Positions 1-12,300 of a stretch of 64,000 bases of DNA are shown one piece after another. A program made the translations under genes and the position numbers. Source of the stretch: Marsupella aquatica (lineage: Eukaryota; Plantae; Marchantiophyta); assembly GCA_973895155.1 (NCBI GenBank), contig OZ316891.1:1913324-1977323 (forward strand), written 5' to 3'. The notes beneath the pieces were generated by a model. It saw only the letters and a list, made by a program, of their open reading frames with translations, did no database searches and was not told where the DNA came from. Within the stretch, counting starts at the first letter, position 1. Each line of letters starts with the position of its first letter.

Positions 1-3000
1 CTCTTCAGGTTGGGACACAACCAAAATATCTGGTTTTTCCCCAACAACTGAACGAGATCGTGGCACATATGTGATGACAAGTGACCATTCCTCTGGGTTT
101 GGGGGGTATGGAATATAGAAACATTATTCCACATGACTTGGAAAAGTGAACGTCTTCGATGTTTGCCAATGAGATGGCTGGAAACTAGTGGCAGATATCT
201 TTAGCGGTGTAAATCCACACTCATCTTGAAGCACGGTAGGACTGTTACCTGCAAGGGTCACTTTGAACCACTTGCACTTGAAGACATACTCTTCAAACTT
301 TGATTGTGCATCATAAGAGATCACTAGGATCTCCTCTATCTTTCCATAATGTGGCACAACATCTCAAATAATATTTGTGTCATGGCGACTGTTGCGGGAA
401 TCTTGAGAGAATTGTCCTTGAACTCCATAATCAAAGGTACGACCCCTCTTCTCATCAAGGGAAGAAACCCTAAAATCCACCAAACCATAAGGACATGTTA
501 CAAAAATAGGCATAAACATATAACAATTAATATCACATGCCAAAAAATTATCTCTTCAATATATGTGGGTGTATTACACATAAATTAAAATCACCATAGA
601 TGAAAGGTTACTAAGGTACTTGGAAATAACCTGAAATGTCTCCCTTGTGTCTACATTGCCGTCCTTGTTGTAACCATTCTCAAGGGACCATGAACAATGG
701 TACGGACATCATCTATGATAGCTGGAAAATGTAATAGATTCTCTCCCCTCGCTACCATGTCATCCACCTCAACCAACTTCTCCTTCATGTAGTCATGGTA
801 CTTTGGAAAGATCCTTGGTCTTCTACTGGTACTTTTGGCATCCTCATAGAAATCCCTCCATTCTTCCATGATAGTGCTGTTACTCAACATGAATGTGGTT
901 AGTTGTTTCAACTCCACTGGTGTCAACATGCGGGTTTTGATAGCACCTGTTAAACGATCCTCCTCATCTTCCCTCTCCTCTACCCAAGTACGGGGAGAGG
1001 TACGATCAATTGTGGCCAATATGTTACTGCAATAGAACATACTCTCTGCTGCCAAGTATCCTGTAGCCATGCTTCCCTCAACCTGTGCCTGGTTACGTAC
1101 ATAACCCTTTAATACTGCCATGTACCGTTCCAACCAATACATCCACCGACAATGCACAGGACTAGCAATGGCCACCTCATGAACAAGATGAACAAGTAAA
1201 TGCACTTGGCAATCAAAAAAGGAAGGGCCTTTTCTAACTTGCATACCACCTCTGCTGCCAGTACCTCCATTCCCGGGATCTCTTCATAGTATATCTCCTT
1301 AGAACATGTACCCATCTCAATAGTTTTCCCAATGACCAAATGGCAGATCTTGCACTTCTGAACTTGCCAAACCTATTATGGCCGCGGGCAATATATGTTG
1401 CAATAACTGATGATAGTCATGCGTCTTGAGATACATTGGCCACTTATGATTGTCCTCCATCCCAAAGGCCTTCCGGAGATTGGCACCATAACCAGTAGGA
1501 AACCGCATGCCTCCTATGCGATTCCTAAACTCCCTTCTCTGGCCAACAGGAAGCACCCATGGGGCTGAAGGTCGATGTTCTATCCCTGTGATAGGATCAA
1601 TTGTGACCCATACATCTGGATGCATCTCAAGATCCTCATAAGCCTCCCTAAAGTTAGTGTCCTTTTCTCCACAGAAAGCCTTTATCAAAGCCTTTCCCAC
1701 ATTTCCCTCAATGTGCATGGGGTCTAATAGATGGCGGATCTTCAACTCTCCCCAATAAGGCAAAGTGGTTAATATACTCCATCTAGTCAACCTGCTACCC
1801 TCAAATTGCATGGGATCCTCCGGGTTTGCCACTCTATCAGCCAAGTCTTTCCAATGTGCAAAAGTTGTTGGCTCTGGTATATCACGTTCATCACCAAAGG
1901 CCATATCAATGGAGGAAAATAGTAGTGGGTCAAACCTCATCTGATGGCCCATTGGCAGAAACTTTGTATGCCCAAGATAAACAATCTTGTGAAGGTGTGA
2001 TGAGTACTTGGCTATATCACCAAGACTTGGGCCACAAGTGGAGCAAGCCTTGTAGCCTTGGGTTTGCAACCCACTCACAAAGCCAAATCCTGGTCATATA
2101 GACACACATAATATAGAATTAGCACATGGAAATGACGGGATAACATGCATTATCATATCATGTTGGATGTAAACAAAAAAAGTGTTGTAGTTTCATAGTT
2201 CTTACCTGGGTAGTCATGCATGGTCCACATACAAACCCCTTTTAGTTTAAAAACCCGTCATATGCCCATATTCCGTCCCATAATTTTTGGAGTTCCTCAA
2301 CCACTAATGCCAAATAGGTGTCCATCATGTTCTTCACCTTCTTTGGTCCTGGGATAATCAAAGATAGCAATAGAAAGCCCTTTTTCATGGACAACCATGG
2401 TGGAAGGTTGTAATTCATGAGAACCACCGACCAAATTGATGTAGGTCTCCCCTTCCCTCCAAGTGAATGAGGGCTAACCTCATCTAATGCCAACCCAAGT
2501 CGCACATGCCGAGGGTCACACTCAAAATCTGGCCATGTTGACTCCACATGTTTATGAGCAGGAGAGTCAACTGGTAATCGCATCACACCGGGCTCCAAAC
2601 GATGCTTCTTGTGCCATACCATCAACTCGGCCAAGTCAGAACATCTATACATGTGCAACAAGCGAGAAATTATAATGGGGAACCAACGAACTGCTTTTCT
2701 TGGCACCTTCCTGGTTAGCATGTTTGGGTCATACCGTGGCTCATGACATAGTGTGCATTTTGTCATATGGGCTTTGTCCCCATGAAATAATATGCAATCA
2801 TTCACACAAGCATGAATGATATGGTAATCCATGCCAATGGATGAGAGAATCTTCTTTGCATCCTTCCAAGTTCCAGGCAACACATTCTCCAAGGGTAACA
2901 TCAAGTCATGACAATATTCAAATATGTCTGATAACATAGAATTGCTTGCCTTATGTTTGGCCTGAATGTTCAACAACCCCAATATGGCTGACAAACGACT

Positions 3001-4759
3001 CAACCGAGCACCCTCAAAGATAGGTGTCCGGGCATGTTCCTCAGCCTCCTTCCATTGTTGTTGTCCCTCTGGAGTATGTTGTGGTCGTGGGTCATTTTGG
3101 GGGGCAGCTCCTTCAACACTAATGTCAGGGACACCATCTTCAACATCAACCATGAAGTCATCCATGGCTGTGTCCTGGTCATGCATGACCTGGTCATCAG
3201 TCTGAGGTGTTGCTTCCTCATCACCATGATCACTTACATCATTACTTGATGAGGAATCATCCTCTGATGGTTCTCCCTCTTCTGGCATGCCCATCTCCCG
3301 ATATGCTGCTCTCAACCTTCGTGGTAACATTTGTTGAGATGGTTGCACATTCTACGCACGACACAACCAAAAAACCTCTTGATATATATTTCACCAGGTA
3401 CAACAAAAACAGACTTCAGACCATTCATTCAAGACAAATTAACAATCAGTTTTAAGGATTGATTGCATGCATTCACATTAAGAACTTAAGTGAAGGGCCA
3501 CACCAAAATTATACTACTCCAAAATGAGGCCAGAGGACATGTATATAATGATAAGTGTGAAGTACACACAAGGTACAAGAGGATGTATGACATGGCTCCC
3601 TAATCCCACTCATAGTGTGTGAATAACTCATCTCCAGCTCTAATAGTCCTAGTGGCAAGAACTAAGCAATGGTCCTTATGATATGTCATTCCATATGGTG
3701 CCGGCATTGGGCCATCAGTAAAAACCCACTCACAATTGGCCCTACACTTGGGTCGAGTCCCCATAGTATTATTTATAAAGCCAGCAATATTCCCATTACA
3801 TACGGGATCACCGTCTATCACCCGCTACTCACTGTACCTTCTAGTGCTACCATGAAAAGTATACATCTCTAGGGCATATGTTTTCCACTCACGATGTTGT
3901 GCAAGGATCATGTTCCAGTCTCTTCTCTTGTAGATGGGTCCACCGTATGGGAACAAAGTAGGACCCTCTCTGCCACGAGCACTTGACCCACTCCCATCAT
4001 CCATGATGATATCCTCACAAGAAAATACTCCATATCCGTGTCTCTCTCCAAGTGTGGAAGCTTTCACAATCCAACGTCTACCCCAAACCACAATCTCCTC
4101 ATCATAACCGGGAAAATAAGGCAAGCCAAGAGTCATAGGATCCCAATCTTTGATGATAGAGGCACACTTGCCAATGAATGAACAAATGCCCTACCTACCC
4201 TCAACTAGTGTTCTTGATGGGTCATTGGTTGCTCGTGGCCTCCTCTTGGACTGGGGCCTAGACCGGGGTCTTCGTGTCTCAGTGGGCACATGAGACTGTT
4301 CCTCTTCAGTCCCATGATTGGTACTGATCCCTACACCCAAGGCTTGTGAAAGTGCATTGCCTATAGCATCTAAAACTCCTTGTGATGGGACATAGGGTGG
4401 TGGTGTCACCGGTCTACGCATACGGGATCCCTATTCCATGCAAAAACCCACAAAAAACCATATGTGTAAACATTGATTCACTTATGAAAATATGAGGGAA
4501 AAAAGGCAAACAATTGAAATCCACGTACCATATGGGATGAAGAAGCCCCCGGAGTAAGACCCCTGTGACGTCCATATCTCTCAATATGTTGAGCACACAC
4601 ATAAGATTTTTGAGAAACTTGGCCCACACATCTGGTGCACTCACAAAGTCTCCAAGGAGGACCACGAGGACCGGTAACCTCAGGTTGAGGAGGAGGGGGT
4701 ACATCATCGGAGGAGGAGTACTCACTATTGGATAGTTCAGAGGAGGATGACATATCCAT
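1..4759 (-). pseudogene. CACTA Tnp2/TnpD-type transposase (Transposase_21, DUF4218 and DUF4216-like regions) with stops and frameshifts
   Basis: Motifs IHACVNDCILF, RHVRLGL, NYNLPPW, LLSLIIPGP, WTMHDYPG, LDPMHIEGNV, LKTHDYH, HLLVHL, RWMYWLER and FKCKWF. Putative exon 1 at 4759-4529 (CECTRC...HIERYG); main exon from 3351; introns at about 2205-2090 and 630-470; frameshifts near 2250 and about 1200-1350. Confidence 0.9.
3600..4430 (-). pseudogene. SET-domain protein exon carried inside the CACTA element (two in-frame TAG stops)
   Basis: ORFs 4191-4421, 3825-4136 and 3600-3821 are one reading frame broken only by TAG at 4191 and 3825. SET motifs occur in order: VKAST-x4-HGYGVFS-x2-DI, YGGPIY, GNIAGFINN, ANC, LVLATRTIRAGDELFTHY. 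Confidence 0.8.
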
Positions 4760-5699
4760 TGCTCGGGGGGTTGACTATCAACAATCTTAGGAACCACGTG
4801 CGATCCAAAATAGGTATTTTTCATATAAATTAGCTAAATTTTTAAAAAGCGTAGGAAGCAAAAGAAGGTATTATAAACCTATATTTGTAGAATATTCTCT
4901 AATATATACCTTAGAATAGGTATATATTAGAGAATAAAGTAAAATAGGTCATTACTATTGAAAATAGAGAATATTTTTAGAATATTCCCATTATAAAATA
5001 GGTGTGTTTATATTAGACTAGGATCTCACGTGGTACCCCAAAATATACACTAAGTTAACCCCCCGAGATCCACTGCCACATTACATTGCATGTAGGGCAT
5101 GATTAGAATCCCTCTCCGTCGGCCTAAAAATATCCTAAAACTAAACTGCAAAAACCCTTTTTTGTTGAGCATGAAACCCAAAGGAGAGTGTCATGCACAA
5201 AAATATCACATTGTCACCCTTGGGAAAATTGTAACGGTCTAAGCCCTGAATTAGGTTAGTGAATTACCTGAATGAGACCCGGGCTCAACAGTGCCTATAG
5301 GTCGTGTGGCTCAATGAACATGAGCCAAATCTAGAAGTAGGAGGAAAATACTGGAAACAAAATGTAAGTTTTGGATAGTCATTAGCATCTCTCAAGTTGT
5401 GGAACCCCAAACATAAGTTACACATATATATATTCTTGCAAAACAAAAAATGGCAAGGTGTATGAAAAATCTCCACTAACAACACTACATACATGTTATA
5501 CCTTTTAGATGCCTGGGTTCCCACAATGCATATGCATTAGACAAAAGTTGAGGAAGTAGTGATGTCCCTGGGCTGTATCATGATTACATGGGTTTTCCCC
5601 TCAATTGTTAGCATAAAAACCTCTTAGAACTTGCCCTCATAAGTTACCATAAAATTAACCCAAGTGTCCATGAAAATAGAACCTGTCTTTCCCTCCTAA

Positions 5700-6120
5700 G
5701 TTGGCCTAAACCCCAAAAGCCAAAACATAAACACCTCCTCTTACTCCAATACATATAAGCCAAACATTCATAAAATGAAATCCCCCTGGCCAAACCCAAA
5801 ACATAAAACACCTCATATTACCCTCCAATCTGAGCCCAACGTACCTTCATAAAATAAACCCTCCCCCAACCAAACCAAACGTCAAACATAAAATCCCTCC
5901 ATTTACCCTCCAATACACATAACCCCAACCTTCATAAAATAAAAACCCTCCCAACCAGGCAAAACCCAAAAGCCAAAATATAAATCCCCGTCTCTTACCT
6001 TCCAATATAACCCCCAACATTCTGAAATAACACTCCCCCCCAACCAGGCCAAACGCAAAAGCCGTAACATAAGACCCCTCCTCTTACCCTCCAATGTCAG
6101 CACTTTTAAACCCCCCAACC
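5700..6120. repeat. Degenerate tandem repeat (about 85-95 bp, about 5 copies) between the divergent transposon genes
   Basis: Recurring blocks resembling CCAAACCCAAAA(G)CCAAAACATAAA..CCTC..TTACCCTCCAAT. Confidence 0.65.
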
Positions 6121-6435
6121 CTTATATGATCACATGCAATGAATTACTTGTACCAAATTTAATGTTTATGACCCCTCTTAGTATCCCTACTCACAGAAAA
6201 TACACATGCGAGATGGGGGTTTTCGCAAACCCAATAGCGAACTCGTTTGAATAGTTGTATTCTTCGCAAAGATAGCGTTTGCGAAGCTGGTTGAGAAGGT
6301 AGAACCATCGCAAACTGCGATGCGAATGACTTTGCAAACCCTAACTCTACTGTCCTTATCATTTGCCGAGCGCGGACGAGGCGGATCCATTTCTTTCGGG
6401 CCTTGGGAGAGAGCAGCGCAGGCGAGGGAGGAGCA

Positions 6436-8548
6436 ATGGCAAGCAGAGGGGGAATTGGAGGTGATGGAGGAGCTTCTGGCAGCAGCGGAGGTAACCACTT
6501 AGAGGAGGAGGATCCACTTCAAAAGATCGTGGATGACCATTTCTCGGTTGCGCAGTTGAGTAAGATTGATTTCACCTCTCCAGCAGGGCTTGCATTGTTG
6601 AGTGCGTTATTGGGCCAGGCCTTGCAATCTGGTCTCAGTGCAGGGAAAGCAGCAAGAGAGGAGGAAGAAAGGAGGACAGCCGAGCAGAAGCCGCTGAGAA
6701 GAAGCGAAAGAGGGATGAGAGAGCTCAGGCTGGAGTACTCTCCCCTCAAGCCTTGGAAAAGAAGAGGAGGAAAGATGAGAGAGACTTGATGAGGAAACAG
6801 AGGGAGGAGCAGAGAAAGAAGGAGGAGGCAAGGAGGAAGCTGCCTCTGATTACATTAGAGGATGAGGGAATTCCCACAGAGCTTGCTTACAATGGGGCCA
6901 AGAGCACAATCAGACACATTGTGTCCACAAATTTTGCAAGAGGAGTCGAGTGGGGCACTCTCTCCAAGGCAGAGCAGAAGCGAATGATCAATCAGGTGAA
7001 AGATGCATTCCAAAATGGAGGAGAGATGGATTCACAGTGGCTTGCTGATAAAATCTCAAATTCCATGTCACAAGCACGATACCATGACAGGATGAAGATC
7101 AGGGCTCACCTGAGAGATCTGGTGGAGTACAGGAATTTGGGGAGGCCGCTGCAGTTCTTAGAAGATATCTGGCAGGCCTTCTATGCCACGGAGGTGAAGT
7201 TGAAAGCAGCCAGGGTCCTGAATGAATTTACAGAGAAGTTGACAAAGGCCCAGAAGGCAAAGGAGGTCGGGAAGTCTGACCGTGACCTGAAGATGATGGA
7301 GCAGAAGGTGGCCCAGCTGCAACAGGTTGTAGCAGAGGTGGGAGATCTGCCCAACAAGTTCTTGAAGGCAGTTGAGAGAGTCCGAGAAAGGCCCAACATC
7401 ACCCACAGGCTTGGTCAAGGTGGCCTCCCCGGCCTCAAAGCAGCATTAGTGAGTGCACCGCCCTCTCCTCTCTTGACTTCTTACTCCTCCAATTTCTATT
7501 CCAACACACCTGCAATGCCCCAACTCTTTTCTACTGTGGCACCAAGTACTTCCAATTGGAGTTGTTGTGTCAGATTAGGTCACGTACATTTGCTTCCCTT
7601 TCGACTTTTTGTCATAACAGAGTTTGCGAAGCAATTGCGATGCACGTCGCTTCGCAAACCTTGTTATTCACTTTTTTGGAAATAATTTTGCGATGCCCTT
7701 GTGAAGCCATGCGCATCTCAATTACTTTTGCAACCTAGTTTTCCCTTACGTTTGCAAAGCTTGAGACTTCGCAAAATTCAAAAATTTGAATTTTTGAAAA
7801 TTTCAAAACGTTCAAGTGTTGTTTGAGGGTCGTAAGTCCCCATGCCACCCTTGTAAAACCACCCCCAACCTAAGCCCCAACCCCACCAGCACCTAATTAA
7901 CCCCTCTAATTGTTTTAAGGCATTTTGGCTTGCCGTTATTGCTTGGTTTTGACCAATTGTGCCGGTTTTTGTTTTGGTTAGTACAAGAGGTACAAGAGGA
8001 AGATCACAACGCCTGAGATGGAGGTGGGCTAGAAACATGGGAAGGAGCATCTCTTTCGGCAAGTTGATCAATTATTGGTGAGCGTTAATTTTCAGGTTAA
8101 TGTGTTGATTGCATTTATGAAAAATTCCCTCTTATGTCATTCACTTAATTGTAAGGTTCTATATGACTAATGCATGGCTGGTTTGCTAATGTAACAGAGA
8201 CCGGATGATGATGGTGACTCCCATACCGAGGGTGATAGTAGCGATGAGGATGAGGAGGGGACAGGGGAGGGGAATACTGCTCCTGCTAGTCGAGTCAGGC
8301 CAACTAGCATTGGAGAGCAGTCATTTGCATCAGCACACTCCACTGATGTTGCGAGTGGTAGTGCGGTAGGGGATGGGGATGGTGATGGTGATGGTGATGG
8401 GGATGGGGATGGTGGTGGTGATGAGGATGAGGATGAGGAGGGAGACCAAGAGGAGGAGGAGGCCCCGGTCCCCCCCCAAGAGCACTCAAGGGCAAGGAGA
8501 AGGCCAAGGGGAAGAAGTCAAGGAGGGGCAGGAACTCTCCTTTCTAGC
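6436..8548 (+). pseudogene. CACTA accessory ORF2 (TnpA/Ptta-like by position), coiled-coil with an acidic tail, frameshifted
   Basis: ATG at 6436; frameshift near 6753 into the 310-aa ORF; donor GTGAGT at 7449; probable exons at about 7983-8077 and 8198-8548 with an Asp/Gly/Glu low-complexity stretch. Lies inside the CACTA terminus. Confidence 0.55.
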
Positions 8549-8829
8549 TCTATCTAGATAGGTGCCTAGATTACCCTAGAGACTTAGGTAGTTCACATGT
8601 ATAGGGGGATTAGCATGGACATGCAACTTTTAGCTAAGGGTTCTTACCCTTCCATTTTGTAACTTTTGTACATTTAAATGAGTAATGTCATTTTAATCGC
8701 GGCATTCCGGTCTACCTACATCCCTTTTCTCCCTGACTCCTTCAACTGTATGAATTGTCTCCCTAAACCACTAAACCCTATTATACCCTAATACTTCAAA
8801 AATACCTTTTGCAAAACACTTGAGAACTA

Positions 8830-9335
8830 GATGTCATCTCAAATAGCCAAGACACAACCATCACAAAACGTTCTAAACGCTCATCCTCACAAATTTTGCG
8901 ACATTTTTTCAATCGCAAATATGCGAACACATGATTTCCGCACGTTTGAGATGTGTTTAATTTTGCAAATGTAGCGAACATAAATGTATCGCAGTATTGA
9001 GAGAAAGAATGGCTTGCAATCTACCGATGTGTCCTAAATCGCAATCTGGCGATGATTTAAGCATCACTACATTAGCGTTTGTCGGCGAATCACAAATGCT
9101 CCTATAGTTCCTGCTTCGCAAATATTGCCGTAGGTATGGCATCGCAGTTGTGCGATGTTAAAAGAGTCGCAAAGTGCGAAGCTTTTGTGAAGGTCCGGTT
9201 GCGAAGGTGTGGGCATGGAAAAGAGCGAAGATGTTGAGATGTGCGGCCTTTCGCAACAAGGAGTTGGCCAATATTGTTTCCTTTGTTGCATGCGAGGGAG
9301 GGTGTTTCGCAAAAGAGGGTCATTGTGTTGTAGTG
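8830..9335. repeat. CACTA subterminal repeats and terminal inverted repeat
   Basis: Many TCGCAA/TTGCGA/GCGAA motifs in both orientations, ending in TGTAGTG. Confidence 0.75.
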
Positions 9336-12300
9336 TAGTATGCAAGAGACACAATTTCAGAAGCAAAAATTCATAAACAACTCTTTGCGCAAGTGAACTC
9401 ATTAAATTCCAAATAGACATAAGATTCACATTTCATTTCAGTGCATACTTAAGTACATCCCAACTTTATTCAAGTATACAATTGAATCAAAATTTAATAA
9501 TTTTGAGCCGCCAGAAAGTACGTCTAACTAAAACAAAAAAACAATGGTCAAGGCTCTAAGCCAAGAGAGTGATCTACACATCTTTTCTTTCTAGGTCTCA
9601 CAAGAACAGCATCCTGGCCATGCAATGATGGCCCTGTACTATTAGAGACACAAGGTGTAGTAGAGCTCACGGCTTGTACTACATCAATAGCCATTTTTCC
9701 CTTCACCATATTTTTCTGCCCCACATCTATGCTATGTGCAACAATCTTAGAAAGATTAGGAGAAATTGGAACCAAAAACATTGCTTTCTGTGAGTGACCT
9801 CTTCTTTGCAAAATCTGAAGAGCCTCATATTGCATGTTTTCCAACGTGCTATTGACTTCATGAAGCTTCTGAATTTCTGCTTTCAAGCTTACTTTCTCTT
9901 GCTTTAGTTGTTTACTTTCTCTCTACGTAAGGCACTAGAATTACACATCTTGGCTACCAACGCTGGCCACAACTGTTCACAAAACATAGACTCGAGCTCT
10001 ATGAAAGACTCTTTAAAGTCCTTTAGCTGGCCCAGAAACTTTTTTGAAACATCCTTCAATTCATGTTTGTTTTCCATGGCGTAGTCCTGCTCTGAAAGAA
10101 ATTTCAAACCTCAAATAATCACATTTCAGAAGTATGCTTGCTTCAAATCATATTTACAATCTACCTTTGGAGAACTTTGTCTAATACTCACAGGCTGGGT
10201 TAGTCCATAATACAAGGTGTACAATACGAATGTACACAGCAGTAACAGTTTGTATACTTACAGACTACAGTGACGGCAGTTAGCTTAGACGGCTCAGTCA
10301 ACACAAAAACAAGGGAACAAATTATAAAGCAGCTAAGGCAACAGAATGATGAATGCTCCAGCCATCCAGCGTCCCCTCTGACATACATATTAGTACAGAA
10401 GAGAGGGACGACAGAGTTCTCCAACCCATAAATCCATCGAGAGATATACTTAATGGTTTAATGGATAAACCGAAGAATGGGAGCTTGAAAGGATAGCGTG
10501 ACAGGATGAATGGGCAGTACTACTATCACTAGATACCTGGGCTTTTCCGAAATGCATGTCAAAAAAGGAGGGCTACAAGTTAGGCAATCCGTTCGTCGTC
10601 ACGGGTCGTTTTCCTCTAAGTGGGCTGTTGGAGCACTTGATTCCTATAGTAGAGTAGAGCTGCTCCCGAAGCTGCTGGGGAGTGGTGATTGCATGCATGC
10701 ATGCTCGCTTGCACTAACAGACCCACCCTCAGGTCTAGTTGGCAGTGTGGTAGTATTTCGACGTCTCACCTATTCTACGAAAGCTTCTTGGGGCTGGGGT
10801 AGGGGACAACGGAGACATCTTATTGGCCATTGTCTCAATAGAAGGCAATGGGAAGAGCTGAATAGAAACTTAGCAGCGACAGCTCAACCGAGAGAGCATC
10901 TCAGAGATCAAGAACAAAATAAAGAGAAAATAAAGAGAGCTCACCAGAACTTTCGCTGCTGAGTGAAGCAGTATTTCAGTAAGGAGAGACCGAGAATGAA
11001 TTGAAATCAATCAGCAACAAGCAACTTTGTTGCCACCACCTTCGATCAGCAGCAAGCAGTTTCGCTCCACCTTCGATCAGCAGCAAGCCCTTTCGCTCCA
11101 CCTTTTGCTGCTGAGTGAAGCTGAATTTCAGTAAGGAATGGAGAGGCCGAGAACAAATTCGAGCAAGCAGCAAGCAGGTTGAATTGAATTGAATTGAAAC
11201 TACGACTGCTAAACGGAGCCCCCAACACAAATCAGGTTGAATTTAATTTAATTTAAACTACTACTGCTAAACAGAGCACCCAACACAAATCATCCGAAAT
11301 ACAGCAGTATACGAGATTGAGCCAGGTATCGACTGTGGATTGTTGTTTACTGCTCCAAGCTGATCGAATGCTCGATGCTGAATTTTGAATGCTCTTCGTG
11401 ACTACTTTAGACGTTGATTTCTCTCACTAGTGTTTAAACACAAAGGCCATATTCAGGGCGTCGTCCATAGTCCATATACAAGGCCGAGGTAGTTTGCAGG
11501 GATACCAGGAGAAAAGAGGCGGTGGGAACTGGGACTACAATAATCTACACTAAATCCATTGAAGCCCGTTGCACACAGCACGTGTCAAGTGTGAATTTTG
11601 TTTTATTACCCAAGTGAGTTCAGGACCTGCAAGGTCCGGAAAGGTTCCGGTCCTTGCCTTCACATTTCCTGAGTTTATGCCGTTAGGACTGGCAGGGCAG
11701 GAGGTGACGGCATCTTTCTCTCTTTCACTAGCATGCTGCCGACTGTCAGTTTTAGGGCCGCAAAGGGTAGGACCGACTCCATGCGAGTTGGCTCCAGTGA
11801 AAGGCCCAGCCACTGATGGACCAGATTAATTGATAGGCTTTTGTCTCATACCAATCACTAAATACATGACACTACGTTGATGTCATCAAAGTGCTGTGCA
11901 TTAATTAATTGCGTGTGAATCTAGGGAATCAATACTAGGTACATCTCACATTCAGCTCAAAACTCAATCTTGAGGCTCATTAAGAGCCTCTGTACACAGC
12001 TGCCCACATACGCGATCAGGCAGGTCCAAGTTTTTTCGAAGTACCAATAGAGTATTAATGAACCCCACTTTTAGGTGGGGTGAATGACAAAAGCTGTATC
12101 AGCGCCAACAGAATTTGAAACTCTACACTGAGCTCTACACCTCCTGGACCCAGTGAGCTGCTCTACCATGCAGCCTTGGGGCAGCTTGTGACCCAATACT
12201 TAAAGTGATACCAGGTTCAGAAAAAGTGGGCAGTGGACAGCTAGCTAGGTACATGGCTAATCCTAATCAATGCTAATCACATTGATTAGCCTCCATAATG

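Larger units (their letters stand above)
1..9335. mobile_element. CACTA (En/Spm) DNA transposon, decayed; the other terminus lies outside the window
   Basis: Tnp2-family transposase relic on the - strand. Terminus ...GGGTCATTGTGTTGTAGTG at 9335 (reverse complement CACTACAACAC...). Dense TCGCAA/TTGCGA subterminal repeats at about 8830-9320. Confidence 0.85.

Noticed and set aside
8304-8507. His/Pro-rich ORF on the - strand
   Set aside because: Antisense shadow of the GATGGN/GATGAG low-complexity tail of the transposon ORF2
9548-10107. Two adjacent coiled-coil-like ORFs on the - strand
   Set aside because: No recognisable domain and no ATG-supported gene model; possibly a TE remnant, but this cannot be supported
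12100-12190. tRNA-like A/B boxes on the - strand (TGGTAGAGCA ... GTTTCAAATTC)
   Set aside because: No cloverleaf can be formed; at most a decayed SINE head
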